DNA of 64,000 nt, from positions 1 to 64,000 of IMG/VR virus record IMGVR_UViG_3300033053_000017. The stretch is one strand, 5' to 3'. Origin of the DNA: a virus. A program made the translations under genes and the position numbers. Under the pieces are notes generated by a model. The model worked only from the letters and a program-made list of their open reading frames with translations, was not told the origin of the DNA and ran no database searches. This document shows, piece by piece, positions 31,502 through 43,400 of this stretch; position 1 is the stretch's first letter; each line of letters begins with the position of its first letter.

Positions 31502-33820
31502 CTATCCTAATATAGTTGCTTTTGTTTGAATAACATGAGTATAAGGGACATATTCAGTAGCAAAAATGCATCCACCAAAAACGCCAGCTTTTGCAAATCC
31601 TGAATTGTCTACATAAGCGGTTCCCATCAATCTGTATTGCCATATTAGCACTCCATTAGGACTATACCCCCTGCCAATCTGAGTTGAATTTGACGTACTA
31701 GCAGCAGATTCAGCACCGACACTTAACATAAAATAGTTTTCGTTTGCATCTAAAAAAGCTCTCCCAGCCGTGGAATATATATATGGATTTACTGACCAAA
31801 GCAACGTACCAACGCTATTATATTTATAAATTGCACCAGTTCCAGCTAAACTAGCTAAATAAACATTTCCGCTTGAATCAACCTGTAAACTATTATATAC
31901 ATAGGAACCTGAAGGAATTGTTACTAAAATTGTCGCTCCTGTAGATGTGACTATATATATATTATAATTGGTACTATAGCGGCTTTTAGCTATTGCCCTG
32001 TTATTAGCTGCATCGTAACATACTTCTGCTGCGCCTGAAGAAGAAATCGTGTAGCCCCATTGTATAGCGTTATTAGAATGAAACTCAACAACACCTGATG
32101 ATGTACCAATGTAAAACTCAGTATCACTTTTTTTGGAAAAACAAGATATTGTACCTGAGGCTGTCGCACTTACCGCTACAGGAGCAACGCTATTAGGGTC
32201 ATTGCCTGCTGCTATTTTATAAATAATATAATTGTTACTATAATAAAAATTATTCGAGCTATCAACATATATATGATTTTTACTTCCAGAGATTGTATAA
32301 GACCACACTAAAGTTCCATCTGAAGCGTGCTTATAAATTAAAGTATCATTCGTAGAATAAACATTCCCTAGGCTATCTATAGCTAAATTTGAATCCGTTG
32401 CTGAACTTGTACTAACATTTATATATGAATAGCTTTGTTGTGAATTTTTTATAGTGTCACCCACGCCATAAAGCAGTTTATTTCCTGTTATTCCAGCTAC
32501 AGTAACATCCTTTTTCAAAACATCTGCTGTTAAATTAGTTAAATCTAAAGTTCCCTGGACAACTCCGTTCTCAGTTCCTAGGGTTTTCGTACTTCTTACA
32601 TCGCTTGCGGTTGCTGTTCCATACTCACCTCCTTCACCCAATGCAATAAAAGCCGAACCATCAAAGTAAAATAAATATGAACTTGAATACATGCTTGTTT
32701 TGTTATCACCATTTTGTTTATTTACATTGTAAGATGTTCCACCATTTAGCGATAGCGTAACATTACCGCCAGACGAAGCTGTTTGCATGGTCAATGTAAA
32801 TCTATCTCCTATTCCTATTGCACAAGATGTAGTTACATCGTAAGCACCAAGCCCAGTTGAATCCGTTGCTATCCCTAAATGTGGAATATGAGTTGTATAA
32901 TCAGTTTTATGGTCTACTAATGAATCATTTGTAGCTTTTACTGTTTCTGTAGTTCTTCCAGTGCCAGCGAGATTATCAACAACAGATTGAGTTATAAAAG
33001 CTGGTGGGTTTGTTACGCCTGTCCATGGTACACTAGAGGCAACATCTGCTGCATTTACTACATTGTCTCCATTAGTGTCATAACTTGATGCTACCATATC
33101 CCCCGAACCGCTTCCAGAAGGTCCAATCGGTCCTTGTTCCCCTGTGTCTCCTTTATCACCCTTGGAAACAATTAAAACCCAATTGGCATTATCTGTGCCT
33201 TCTGTTGGAGAGACACCAGTACAACCAACTATATTTACATAACTGCTACCATTTAAACAAACCTTGTTACCAGGAATATAAGGCTTTGAAGGGTTATAAG
33301 TTTCCCAAACTTTTCTTGCATTTTCATTTGCTATTCTTGTATTCTCGTTAGTGGTACGAATACCATCGTTGCTTATTATGTCACTTTCTATAGTATTTAC
33401 GCTTGCAATTAATTCTGAAAGCACATTGTATTCATTGGAACTTGTAGCCCCGCCACCATCACTTAATTCATCAACTACCTTGAATTTTGATTGTGTTGTT
33501 GTTGTTCTAGCACCATTGTTATATATCTCTAATGTGTAAGTGACGTTTCCTACAGCACTTATGGCTTGTGTACTTACTGTATATGTACATTTTCCTGATG
33601 TTGCATCTGTTATAGCACAAGAATTAACAACCTCGTTTCCATCTGGTTTTGCCATTGTGATTGTTATTGTAGTACCTGTGAGGTCTAAAACTACCCCAGC
33701 TTTTGTTATGGTAAAGTTAAATATATTACCACCTGTATCTCCTTTTACAAGTGATATAGTTTCACCTAGAATTTTGTATATAGTATCTATACTAATTGAA
33801 TATTCTTTTGCGACTGACAT
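31502..33820 (-). CDS. Tail fibre / receptor-binding protein (BppU-like N-domain, collagen-like segment, beta-propeller-like C-terminus)
   Basis: N-terminal VKGDTGGNIFNFTITKAGVVLDLTGTTITITMAKPDG. Collagen-like GDKGDTGEQGPIGPSGSGSG. C-terminal repeated SSGNVY/SLGNVY blades. Confidence 0.7.
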   Translation of the reverse strand: MSVAKEYSISIDTIYKILGETISLVKGDTGGNIFNFTITKAGVVLDLTGTTITITMAKPDGNEVVNSCAITDATSGKCTYTVSTQAISAVGNVTYTLEIYNNGARTTTTQSKFKVVDELSDGGGATSSNEYNVLSELIASVNTIESDIISNDGIRTTNENTRIANENARKVWETYNPSKPYIPGNKVCLNGSSYVNIVGCTGVSPTEGTDNANWVLIVSKGDKGDTGEQGPIGPSGSGSGDMVASSYDTNGDNVVNAADVASSVPWTGVTNPPAFITQSVVDNLAGTGRTTETVKATNDSLVDHKTDYTTHIPHLGIATDSTGLGAYDVTTSCAIGIGDRFTLTMQTASSGGNVTLSLNGGTSYNVNKQNGDNKTSMYSSSYLFYFDGSAFIALGEGGEYGTATASDVRSTKTLGTENGVVQGTLDLTNLTADVLKKDVTVAGITGNKLLYGVGDTIKNSQQSYSYINVSTSSATDSNLAIDSLGNVYSTNDTLIYKHASDGTLVWSYTISGSKNHIYVDSSNNFYYSNNYIIYKIAAGNDPNSVAPVAVSATASGTISCFSKKSDTEFYIGTSSGVVEFHSNNAIQWGYTISSSGAAEVCYDAANNRAIAKSRYSTNYNIYIVTSTGATILVTIPSGSYVYNSLQVDSSGNVYLASLAGTGAIYKYNSVGTLLWSVNPYIYSTAGRAFLDANENYFMLSVGAESAASTSNSTQIGRGYSPNGVLIWQYRLMGTAYVDNSGFAKAGVFGGCIFATEYVPYTHVIQTKATILG

Positions 33821-33832
33821 TTATATCACCAC

Positions 33833-34369
33833 CTATTCTTGATTCTGTGCCGCTTGTACCGCCTGAATATTGCTGTTAGGCATATATAAATTAAATTCCT
33901 GCAGTAACATTTGTGCTGCAGAATACTTCTTCTTGCCTAATTGATATACATAACCGGCATATGCTGAGACTGCACCTGTATAGGCATCCTTTAGTCTTAA
34001 AACATCTGTATCATTGACTAATTTACCAGGAAAACATACATATGTAAGAGTAATGTCACCAGAAGTCATGTCTTTGCTTTTAAAAAACAGAATATCATCT
34101 CTTTTTTCATAATCCAGTTTGCTTATTTCTCCCAGCAATTCGTGTTCTACCATTACTATTTCGACAAAATCTAAAGGTAAAGGAAGTTTATTATTGTAAT
34201 CTTCTAGTGCTAATACCTTTGTTGCGGTTCTTTTATCCACTGAACCAGCTAATAACAGATAAGCATTGTTTATAGCATCCTTTATCAACGTTAACGTTAC
34301 TGCTTCCACATCTTCTATGCTTTCATCTACTCTTATCAGTGCCATTGTTTGTGCTTCTAAAAAGGTCAT
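33833..34369 (-). CDS. Head-tail connector/adaptor candidate
   Basis: 178 aa. Call is by position only, between the capsid and fibre genes. Confidence 0.45.
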   Translation of the reverse strand: MTFLEAQTMALIRVDESIEDVEAVTLTLIKDAINNAYLLLAGSVDKRTATKVLALEDYNNKLPLPLDFVEIVMVEHELLGEISKLDYEKRDDILFFKSKDMTSGDITLTYVCFPGKLVNDTDVLRLKDAYTGAVSAYAGYVYQLGKKKYSAAQMLLQEFNLYMPNSNIQAVQAAQNQE

Positions 34370-34380
34370 GTACTCACCTC

Positions 34381-34935
34381 CTACCTAAAAATAGGAGCCT
34401 TGATTCTTGCCCCTCGTCTTTTTTCTCTCATAAGCTTCATATTTACATTTTCCGTAGCATTATTAAAATCACTTAAAAGTTTACTAATCCTAGGATCATT
34501 AGGATTAGCTTGTAACAGTATTTGCGCTGCTACATAGAAAGGCAAGGCCCTATGATATAATACATTTATTCCAGGAATATCTGTATAAAGTTCTTTCTGA
34601 TATATTTTTCTATCAGTTAATGCTGGATTCTTTATGTATCTTACAGCGTAAGTCCCTTTATAATCAAATGTTATGTTATTATCATATACCGTAAAGCAAT
34701 TAAATTTGACATTATCATTTAAAACTTTGGTAACTCCGATGCAATCTTCAGGAAGTGCATACTCAGAGTTAGTATCAGTACATGTAATAGTTGTACTATC
34801 TGTATTACATGCTGTGTCATAGTTAGCCGCTAACATCTGCATAGCTTCATTAATGTATCGCCTAGATTTAAAATAATCTATTGCCAAGCCACCTGTTAAG
34901 GTAATGGCTTGGTCTGCAATTTCTTTTATATTCAC
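34381..34935 (-). CDS. Head-tail connector/adaptor candidate
   Basis: 184 aa. Call is by position only. Confidence 0.45.
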   Translation of the reverse strand: MNIKEIADQAITLTGGLAIDYFKSRRYINEAMQMLAANYDTACNTDSTTITCTDTNSEYALPEDCIGVTKVLNDNVKFNCFTVYDNNITFDYKGTYAVRYIKNPALTDRKIYQKELYTDIPGINVLYHRALPFYVAAQILLQANPNDPRISKLLSDFNNATENVNMKLMREKRRGARIKAPIFR

Positions 34936-34941
34936 TGCTTA

Positions 34942-35373
34942 TCACACCACCTCTTTAAAATATTTGCTGTTAGCATCTATTGTTTCTTTGCTTTCATGTG
35001 TATTCAAATATCTAAATATGTCTTTGGTTACTACCTCAGTTACCTCTTTTAGTTCTTTATCTCCTTTGGTTTCTAATTCTACATTATGTCTATCCATTTC
35101 AGCTATAATATTGTCTATGTATTGAATCTGTGTTTCTCTTACTCTCTGCAATGTTCTTTCGTCTAGTTCGTTGAAAGGAATATTCAAGCAAAAAGTACCG
35201 CCTATCTGTTTCCAATGGTGAACCTCAAATTGTTTAGTAGCATGATTCCTTACAAGAAAATAGTCTGAGTCAATTTGCTTTAATCTAGCTGGTATATTAT
35301 GAGTAGAATTTGTTATGATCTCTCTATCCTTATCTATGTACATAAAATCACCTTTCTTTATAAGAAAAGGCAA
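34942..35373 (-). CDS. Hypothetical protein downstream of the capsid gene
   Basis: 143 aa co-directional ORF. Confidence 0.5.
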   Translation of the reverse strand: MPFLIKKGDFMYIDKDREIITNSTHNIPARLKQIDSDYFLVRNHATKQFEVHHWKQIGGTFCLNIPFNELDERTLQRVRETQIQYIDNIIAEMDRHNVELETKGDKELKEVTEVVTKDIFRYLNTHESKETIDANSKYFKEVV

Positions 35374-35420
35374 GGTTTTATCCCTGCCTTATTCAACATA
35401 AGTTATTATTCAATAATTTC

Positions 35421-36611
35421 TTATTGCTCTGTTATTCCTGTCATATCAGCCTGGCCGCCTGGATGTGAACATAAAAGTTCGAGGTATCTTACTAATGAAG
35501 CAGTCCACACTGGTGTTCCTGCAACCTGTGTTAATACTGAACCCATTGTTCCTTGTAACCAGTCCCAGTCTCCCATATGATAGAACTTAAAATCATCGGT
35601 ATTTAAGAATTTTAGTGTTCCTGCTGGTGCAAACTTTGAACTTACAAGAGGTGTATTATTATAGCTTAGGGCTGTAAAGCCTCCCTTTAAATCCAAGCTA
35701 TTAACATTTCTCTTAGTGGATTCCAAGTATGCTTGATATGATCTCTTAACTCCGCTTGAACACAATAAGAAGTTAACCTTTGATCCTGCAACTTCATCTA
35801 GGTAGTCGATTCCTGATTGAATAGTAACATCATTTATTGAACCTATTGAACCTTTAATGTATGGGACCATCCAATAGTTAGCTGATCTGTCCACTCCATA
35901 AAGTGATCCACTACTCTTGAATATCTCTCCAAGTCCAATTATTTCTGCATTGTATGATTGCTGAACAGTAATTATTTCTGTCCCTGCTAAAGTAACATTT
36001 CCACCTTCAGTATCTAATGTAATAGTAGGACTAGCTCCTCTTACCACATTTACTATTCTTCTTGCTGATCCATTTGTTACTGCTGCATGGCTTGAAGCAT
36101 CTAATATATCTATTGTTAAACCTTCAATAAGATATTTATAGCTTGATACTCCAAAAGTTAGCCCTGCTGTAACTGCTGAAGCTGTAGCTAATATTCCAAC
36201 GCCATCACCATATAGCATACGTGAAAGATTGAATTTTGCTGTTTTCTTTAATCCTTCAAGTTCTGCTTGTAATAGTGATAGAAAAGCTCCTTCATTACCT
36301 TGTGTAGCTTTCATACTCTTATCAGATATGGTTACTGTACCATATAAGTTTTTAAGAGTTGATACGAATTGTTGATATTGGTTTCCATTAGATTTAGGTA
36401 AATTACCTGTTTCACTGCCGGCTCCAATACCACCGTTAACACCAAATGGTGCGGCTACTCTAACTTCTTTACCTGTCACGCCCTCAACTGAAGTTCCAAT
36501 TGCGTTATAAAGCGGATCAGTTTCAGTGTTTAATTGGTTTGCTAAAAGTTCTCTATATACGATTTTAAGTACCTGATCGGCACTTGCCATAGTTACTGCC
36601 ATATGTATCAC
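35421..36611 (-). CDS. Major capsid protein
   Basis: 396 aa, directly after a Q-rich scaffold gene and the portal gene. Strong SD. Call rests on position and size. Confidence 0.65.
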   Translation of the reverse strand: MIHMAVTMASADQVLKIVYRELLANQLNTETDPLYNAIGTSVEGVTGKEVRVAAPFGVNGGIGAGSETGNLPKSNGNQYQQFVSTLKNLYGTVTISDKSMKATQGNEGAFLSLLQAELEGLKKTAKFNLSRMLYGDGVGILATASAVTAGLTFGVSSYKYLIEGLTIDILDASSHAAVTNGSARRIVNVVRGASPTITLDTEGGNVTLAGTEIITVQQSYNAEIIGLGEIFKSSGSLYGVDRSANYWMVPYIKGSIGSINDVTIQSGIDYLDEVAGSKVNFLLCSSGVKRSYQAYLESTKRNVNSLDLKGGFTALSYNNTPLVSSKFAPAGTLKFLNTDDFKFYHMGDWDWLQGTMGSVLTQVAGTPVWTASLVRYLELLCSHPGGQADMTGITEQ

Positions 36612-36629
36612 TCCTTAGTTTGAATTATT

Positions 36630-37721
36630 TTATCCTTGCAACATTTTTAAAGCCATTGCTCTTGCTTCTTCATTATTCTGTGGTTTATTCTCAGGAACCC
36701 CAGGTGCTTGACCATTTGCCTGTCCAGCCTGACCAGTAATAACTGTAGGCGCTTGATTGCCTTGTTTCAAGCCTTGCAAATATTCCTGAATAACTTGATT
36801 TTTAGCTTCAGGCGGCATATTTTGCAATACATAGTTTGTATCCTGGAATATTGCATTAGGGTCTTTATAGCTTTCTCCCTTTGCCATCTTGTAAGCTATT
36901 TGAATAGCGTCTCTTGGGTCCATCTGGTTTAATGCTTGATTACTTGATAATATTTGCGCCATTGCTGGTTTAAATTGGTCAAAATCCGGTGTAGCATCTG
37001 CAAATTGCTTTGTAGCTACATTCCTAGCGTTAGCCATCTGTTGCTCCTTGAACTGCTGTTGAATTGGTGCAATTTGAGGCATAATAGATTGTTCTATTGC
37101 CTGCTGAACCATCTGTTGAATACTCTGTGTAGGGTTTTCATAGAATTGGTTCATAAATTGCTCATTCAATTCTTCTGGGCTTGGTTGCTGTTGCTGCTGT
37201 TGAGGATTAATAACGCTTGCCATTTGCTGCTTCATTTGCTCCATAGCTTGTGCCATAGCTTGCATTTGTTGGTCTTTAGCGGCTAGTTCTTGCCTAGTTT
37301 GGGTGTAGGCTTTCTCAACGTTAACATAACCATTTGCCAGTTCTTGAGGGGTTTTAAACTTCCCTACTAACAATTCGCCTTGCATATTTGGGGCCTGCTG
37401 TTGTTGAGGTTGTCCCTGCGTAGGTTCTTGATTAGGTTGTTGTCCCTCTGTTTGTCCATTATTATCCACTTGTTGTGGACTGTTTTGTGGACTATTATCA
37501 CCTGTAGGTTGCGGTTGTCCCTGTGGGGCCTCTCCTGCTGGTGCTGTTCCACCATTCTGTAAAATTGCCATAGCCCTAGCAGTTAAATCTGCTTGACTAG
37601 GCTGAGTTTGTGGGTGTGGGTGTCCTTCTGCTGGTGCTGTGTCTGAAAATCTCTGTAAGTCAATCAGAAAAGGCACTCTAATTTTTTTAGTTTCTTGGTT
37701 TGCCATATGTATATCCTCCAA
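36630..37721 (-). CDS. Scaffolding protein (Gln/Pro-rich, helical)
   Basis: 363 aa, low complexity and Q-rich. Lies between the portal and capsid genes. Confidence 0.55.
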   Translation of the reverse strand: MEDIHMANQETKKIRVPFLIDLQRFSDTAPAEGHPHPQTQPSQADLTARAMAILQNGGTAPAGEAPQGQPQPTGDNSPQNSPQQVDNNGQTEGQQPNQEPTQGQPQQQQAPNMQGELLVGKFKTPQELANGYVNVEKAYTQTRQELAAKDQQMQAMAQAMEQMKQQMASVINPQQQQQQPSPEELNEQFMNQFYENPTQSIQQMVQQAIEQSIMPQIAPIQQQFKEQQMANARNVATKQFADATPDFDQFKPAMAQILSSNQALNQMDPRDAIQIAYKMAKGESYKDPNAIFQDTNYVLQNMPPEAKNQVIQEYLQGLKQGNQAPTVITGQAGQANGQAPGVPENKPQNNEEARAMALKMLQG

Positions 37722-37787
37722 TCACTCTATTAAATGTTATCCCTATTGGCTTTCAGGGCATCTAATAGGCTGTAGTTATTTTTTAAA

Positions 37788-39899
37788 TTATCCTCTTTGA
37801 TTATTTATAGGGTCCCTTGGGCCTTTTATATTATCATGTGTTATCTTAGCCTTGCTGTTATTTTGTTGTGGCTGTTGGCCTCCTTGGGCTTGTATTTGTG
37901 CCATCATCTGTTGTCTCTGCGCCATCTGTATAGCTTGTTGATGCACTAATACATGATTATCAAAATATGCTGCTAAATCAGGTCTGCTGCGTTCTAAATC
38001 ATTGTATTCAGAACTTAACCTAAATTTATTATGTTCCTCTATATGTATTACGTGGTTATCAAAATCTCTTACTCTTATTTGATTACCTTCTTGTATCTCT
38101 AAATTTTCTCTTAAAGCTTTATTTATGTGCATCTGGTCAATGTCGTTTCCATCTTCCCAGTTACCGTAATTCAATATTTCCATGACTTTAGCTCTTGTGC
38201 TTCTATCCATCTTTCCAGTATCAGGATCATTAAACAGTCCTAACTGTAATAGATTCATAGCTTGCTGCTTTTTCTGTGCTGGTGTTTGGGCTAAATCATC
38301 ATCTGTAAGTGGCACAACATCATCACTTGTAAGCTGATCTTTATTCCAATAGCTAACATATACAGCATCATTGTTTCCTACTAGCCTTGACATTCTTGGA
38401 CCTGAAGAATACTGCTTGTATAACCTTAACCATTGTTTAGCTACTTCAAGTATAGCCTGCCTTATATTGTCTGCTGTAAGACTTATTCTTGTATCATCTT
38501 GTTCTTTTAAAACTTCAAGAGCTACTCCACTTCCTGCCCCATTTGAAGCATTACTAGAAGCTGACAACTCAGAAACACCTGATATTTCTCTAAATTCCTG
38601 CATTAGTTTTTCTTCTTCATTTTCGAAACTAGCTGGCAAGGTTCCGTTTTCTATAGCCTGTGGAGGTGCTGAACCCTGTTTCCTAGGTATTAAAGTTCCT
38701 GGGGCCATCCCATCCTCTTCCAAAACCTCTGCATCAATTGAGTTTTCTTCATAGGTGTATGCTCCTACCGCTAATCTATTCATATAATCATGTTTCTTAT
38801 TTTTCATAGCATTATAAGCACGTTGTATAGGCAAACATCTTTCTGCTACTGATATACTAAAGAATTGTCCGCTATCTTTTACACATTCCTGTCTCACAAA
38901 AGGCAATGCTATTTTGCCATTTTCCCCTATCTGATAAGGGCAAGTTCCATAATAAAGAAGTTCATCTGCAGTTGTTATAATAAGTCTACCTTTTGGGTAT
39001 ACTTTACTAGGCAATTCGTAATATTCCATTACAACTTGACTTTTCTCCTTGGTTGTTCTAGCTGCTGTAGGCACTGTAGCATTATATCCCATACCACCTA
39101 CGCCAGTTTTAGTTGAACCAAGTGAGTATACATCAACGTCCGTTCCCTGTACTTTTACATTCCACGTTTCAAATATTTCATCCTCTGTAAATGCTTTAGC
39201 ATGAATTAAGCTTTTACACTTACCTACTCCATCATTTACACAACTATCAGGGAAGATTTCAAAAGCTGGCACGATTACTGTCTCAATATCGCCTTCGTAT
39301 ACTGGAGTTTGGCTTTCTTCGTCAAGCTGTATATGTCCTACTAGCTGTCCGCCTTGGCTGTTCCATACAGTTTTATAAAATACAGATCCACATATTTCAG
39401 CCCACGAATTAGCTTCGCTTATTTTCTGTGGCATCTTTTGGCCTTGATATGTACTATCTACTATAGCTTTGCAAACTTTAGCACTTGCAATATCGTCATT
39501 ATCCGAGGTCATTGGTCTAACTGTCATATTAGGCTTTAATCTTCCTAACTTAGCCAATCTAACCTCTACTATTGCCGCTATGTGGTTATATACTTCTCTT
39601 TGCTGCCACCAATACAGCGGAGGTTGCTGAACTATGGTATTAGATGCTTCGTTTATGTCGCAGTATTGATTGCCTCTTATAAAGTTTTGCGTTAAAATCC
39701 ATCTAAGTTCATAAGGAGTTCGTTCTTCCTGCCTTTTATCAAATTCCTCTTTTACAAAAGATATAAGCTGTTCTTTGAATATGTACTCTTGAACATCACC
39801 CACAATAGGCTTTGACTCTACTATGTTTTTCTGTTTAGATTGTTTACTGTCAAAATATCCATTGATTATTGTTTTAATATTTCCTAAAACACCAGGCAA
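37788..39899 (-). CDS. Portal protein
   Basis: 703 aa, upstream of scaffold and capsid, with an acidic/Q-rich C-tail. Call rests on position and size. Confidence 0.6.
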   Translation of the reverse strand: MPGVLGNIKTIINGYFDSKQSKQKNIVESKPIVGDVQEYIFKEQLISFVKEEFDKRQEERTPYELRWILTQNFIRGNQYCDINEASNTIVQQPPLYWWQQREVYNHIAAIVEVRLAKLGRLKPNMTVRPMTSDNDDIASAKVCKAIVDSTYQGQKMPQKISEANSWAEICGSVFYKTVWNSQGGQLVGHIQLDEESQTPVYEGDIETVIVPAFEIFPDSCVNDGVGKCKSLIHAKAFTEDEIFETWNVKVQGTDVDVYSLGSTKTGVGGMGYNATVPTAARTTKEKSQVVMEYYELPSKVYPKGRLIITTADELLYYGTCPYQIGENGKIALPFVRQECVKDSGQFFSISVAERCLPIQRAYNAMKNKKHDYMNRLAVGAYTYEENSIDAEVLEEDGMAPGTLIPRKQGSAPPQAIENGTLPASFENEEEKLMQEFREISGVSELSASSNASNGAGSGVALEVLKEQDDTRISLTADNIRQAILEVAKQWLRLYKQYSSGPRMSRLVGNNDAVYVSYWNKDQLTSDDVVPLTDDDLAQTPAQKKQQAMNLLQLGLFNDPDTGKMDRSTRAKVMEILNYGNWEDGNDIDQMHINKALRENLEIQEGNQIRVRDFDNHVIHIEEHNKFRLSSEYNDLERSRPDLAAYFDNHVLVHQQAIQMAQRQQMMAQIQAQGGQQPQQNNSKAKITHDNIKGPRDPINNQRG

Positions 39900-39902
39900 G
39901 TT

Positions 39903-40145
39903 TTACTCACCCCCTTGTTGTTTTTCTATCTCATTAATCTTTCTTTTTATGTGATTTTTAATTCCTGTTTTGGGCTTTTCATTATCTGGCTTAATATCAA
40001 TGCCTAGATGCTTATACAGCCCTCTCCTTTCATCATAATGCAACTTTGTCAAGTACGCAATACATAAAATGAGCAAAATTGTTACAATTGATAGTAAAAT
40101 TATTGAAACAAGCGTAAAATCACCTCCTAAGAAGCACTTATTCAA
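39903..40145 (-). CDS. Small membrane protein (80 aa)
   Basis: TM segment VSIILLSIVTILLILCIAYL followed by a basic tail. Confidence 0.5.
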   Translation of the reverse strand: MNKCFLGGDFTLVSIILLSIVTILLILCIAYLTKLHYDERRGLYKHLGIDIKPDNEKPKTGIKNHIKRKINEIEKQQGGE

Positions 40146-40170
40146 AACAAATAAGTGCTTTTATTTATAC

Positions 40171-40461
40171 CTATTGCAATAATCCTAAGTCCTTTGCAAG
40201 CTTAACTTGTTCTAATTTAGCCTGTATTTCTGCTTGGTTTATCCCTTCTAATGCCTTTTGATCTACAAAATTATTATAGTTCTCTGCTGTATCTGTAGGA
40301 CAATCTGATAAGGATAAATTAACTCCTATTTTGTCAAAAGGAATCTCTGTAAGTAGTTCTTGCTTTGCTTCATCTGTATACACTTCTACCTTTCCTACTA
40401 CTCTTAAAGGTAAATTGTCATGTATATTTGTTATTAACTTGATTACTGTATAGTAAAACAT
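40171..40461 (-). CDS. Hypothetical protein (96 aa)
   Basis: Co-directional ORF. Confidence 0.5.
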   Translation of the reverse strand: MFYYTVIKLITNIHDNLPLRVVGKVEVYTDEAKQELLTEIPFDKIGVNLSLSDCPTDTAENYNNFVDQKALEGINQAEIQAKLEQVKLAKDLGLLQ

Positions 40462-40473
40462 GTTTTCACTCTC

Positions 40474-43400
40474 CTATCTATTTAATTCGACCTTGATTGA
40501 AAGATAGTCTAAATCTACTTCTGAAGATATACAACCATCTGATTTATAAGTTGAGTAGACTAGAGCATAAACCTTATTCGATGTGGTAATCATATTTTGT
40601 ATCTCGGACAATACTGTCCTTGCACTTGAATTAAATTTTGCAATTGAAGACGATATGTTTCCACCATTACTATATCCCCATGTTGATTCGTTGACCGCCC
40701 ACAATTTGCCTTGTGTATTATTGCCTAACTGATTCACATTACTACCTGAACCCATAGCATAAATATCTGCTTGAATACTCTTTAAAGCACTTTTTAAAGC
40801 ACTATTACTACCACCATATAAAGCATTAGCAATTGGAGTTAAATCTAGTTCTATTAAATAAGCACTTGCCTTGGCATTAGTAGTCACGCTTACCTCTGCT
40901 GAATTATTTGTGAAGTATTCATATCCTACAGTATCAGATTTAAAAGATAAAGTTAATTTCACGTAGTCCGTATTTATAACTGAAGCTGTTACTCCATCAC
41001 TTGCGTTTGTATAGGCAATTACATTTGTAAATCCGTCAGTACTGATTATCTGACTTGGAACATCCCCAAAACTTACTTCATTTTCTACAGTAGCTACAGC
41101 TACAGTGGACAAGGTATGACTTCCTGTCCCTCTTACCTTCCATGCAGAACCCGCTACATCCCAAAAACATATTCTTGCATAATTTCCACTAGGACTACTT
41201 CCAAAGCCATACCAATCACACTTAATACTTCTTAGATTATCCTTCAGCCATTGAATCTTTGTTGCTGTGTCTGCTCCTGGGATTGATGTTCCTAATGCTT
41301 TTTCTGCTATTGCTATTAAATTGAATTGGAATAGCTGTTGGGATATATGTCCGCTAACCAAACTACTAACAGTTCTACAAGTTCCATTTAAATTTGTTAT
41401 TTTACTATAATCGTTTGTAATATCTTCCCAAGTAAATACAGATGGATTTTGGGCTACTGAAAAGTCAGGAGATACTGCTGTCTTGTTAGGATTTTCAACT
41501 ACACTTCCGCTAACCTTACCTGTAAAATCACTAATCATATCACCTATTTGTCTTTTAACTAAAACTATATCTGTAAGTCCTGCATCCCTTCTAGTGTTAA
41601 CATCTGTAAAGAAGTCATAAGTGGGTAGATATTTCAACTTGATTGTTAGTTTTACGTAGTCTGTATAAATAGTGCTTGCTGTAACTCCGTCGCTGGCATC
41701 TGTATAAGCTAGAAAGTGAATCATGCCGTTAGTATCAATATTATTCGCCACTTTAAAGTAATCTAAGGCATGGTCATAGGCTAACCCTATCGTACAATTG
41801 CTTGGTGAAGATGCTGTATTTCCGCCACTACCGTCATTCCATGCACCTGACCCATAAGACCTAAATGATGCTTTGTTACCACTAGGGCAACTTCCATATC
41901 CAGTCCATACACAGGTAATCCTATTTATAAAGTCCTTACACCACTGCACCTTATCTACTGCTGGAATACTTTGACCTAGTGCTTTTTCTACTGCTGTTAC
42001 TATGTTGAAGCTGAATAGTTGTTTTCCTATTGCCCCATTAGTCAAACCTGTCCCAAATGCTCCACAAATGGAGTCTAGAGTTTTAATTTTGTCAGTGTTA
42101 GTCTGCCCATTTTCAGTATAGCCTGCACTTGATGGAGCATCTAAAGTACTAGAACCGCTCCACTTGAATATATTAGCATTCTCACTAGTACTTCCTGAAA
42201 CCTTACCAGTATAGTCCGTTACAATATCACTTAATGTATTTGTTGCTGTAATCTTGCTCTCAGGAGCTTTTAAAGTTAGTTCTAAGGACACATAATCTGT
42301 GTAGATTGTGCTAGGTATTACTATATCATTTGCTACCTGAGTTCCTGCATAATTAAGTAATTGGAACGCATCACCGCTTGCTTGCCCTGTTATTGCTGTC
42401 TGACAGGTCAAAGTGTTAGCATCAACTACAGTAACTTTACTTGATATATAACCTCTAGTATTATTAATTATCCAGTCATCAGTGCTTAAACCATGATTAG
42501 TTATCACAATTGTTGTAGAACTCGTTCCACTTTCTGCTGTTTTATTCGTAGGTTGTTTATGAAATTTTTTAATAGTGTCTCCTGCTACCTGCCCAGCTAT
42601 AGGGGCTGATAATGATAATGAGTTTGCTAAAGAAGGCTCTGTTTGAAGTTGACTCATTTTACCTCTTGTAACATTTTCCACAATATCTAATCTTGATAAC
42701 CCATGAGCATTAAGCCCTAAGAAAGTAGAATTTGTTGTACCTTCTGCTGTTTGTGTGCCTAATAATGGGTAAACATAAATTATATCTCCTGTTGTCTGTC
42801 CTGTAATAGCAGTATTGCAAGTTATTGTATTGGCATCTACTACAGTTATCTTAGATAATGCCCAGCTCCTTGTATTATTTTTTATAAAATCCCCAGTGCT
42901 TAAACCATGATTAGTTATCTTAAGGGTAGTTGCATCTGTTCCGCTTTCAGCAGTTAAATGAGTAGTATTTCTATACTTCTTAATGCCGTCACCTGCAACT
43001 TGTCCTGTAATAGCTGTTGTGGGTATAAAGTTAACACCAAAACTACTTCCATTTACTACACTTATAGTATTGCTTCTAGTCACATTTTCCACTATATCCC
43101 CACCTGTTAAACCATGTGCTGTTAATACTAGTCCAGTCGAGTCTGTAGTTCTAGCACTATCTGTGTAAGCTAGGAAGTGGACGAATCCATCTGATTGAAT
43201 ACATGCACTAATATCATCCCATGTAGCACCTTTTGATAGTGCTTTTACTAATAATGATGAAGAAGAAGCAGTATTGTTAAGTGAACCTGTCCAATTTGTA
43301 CTATTCCAAGATTGAAGATAAGCTTTATTACCTAGTGGTCCAACTCCATAAATATACGCTTTTGCTATAATGGTAGTTAAATTAGCCTTTAACCAAGCAA

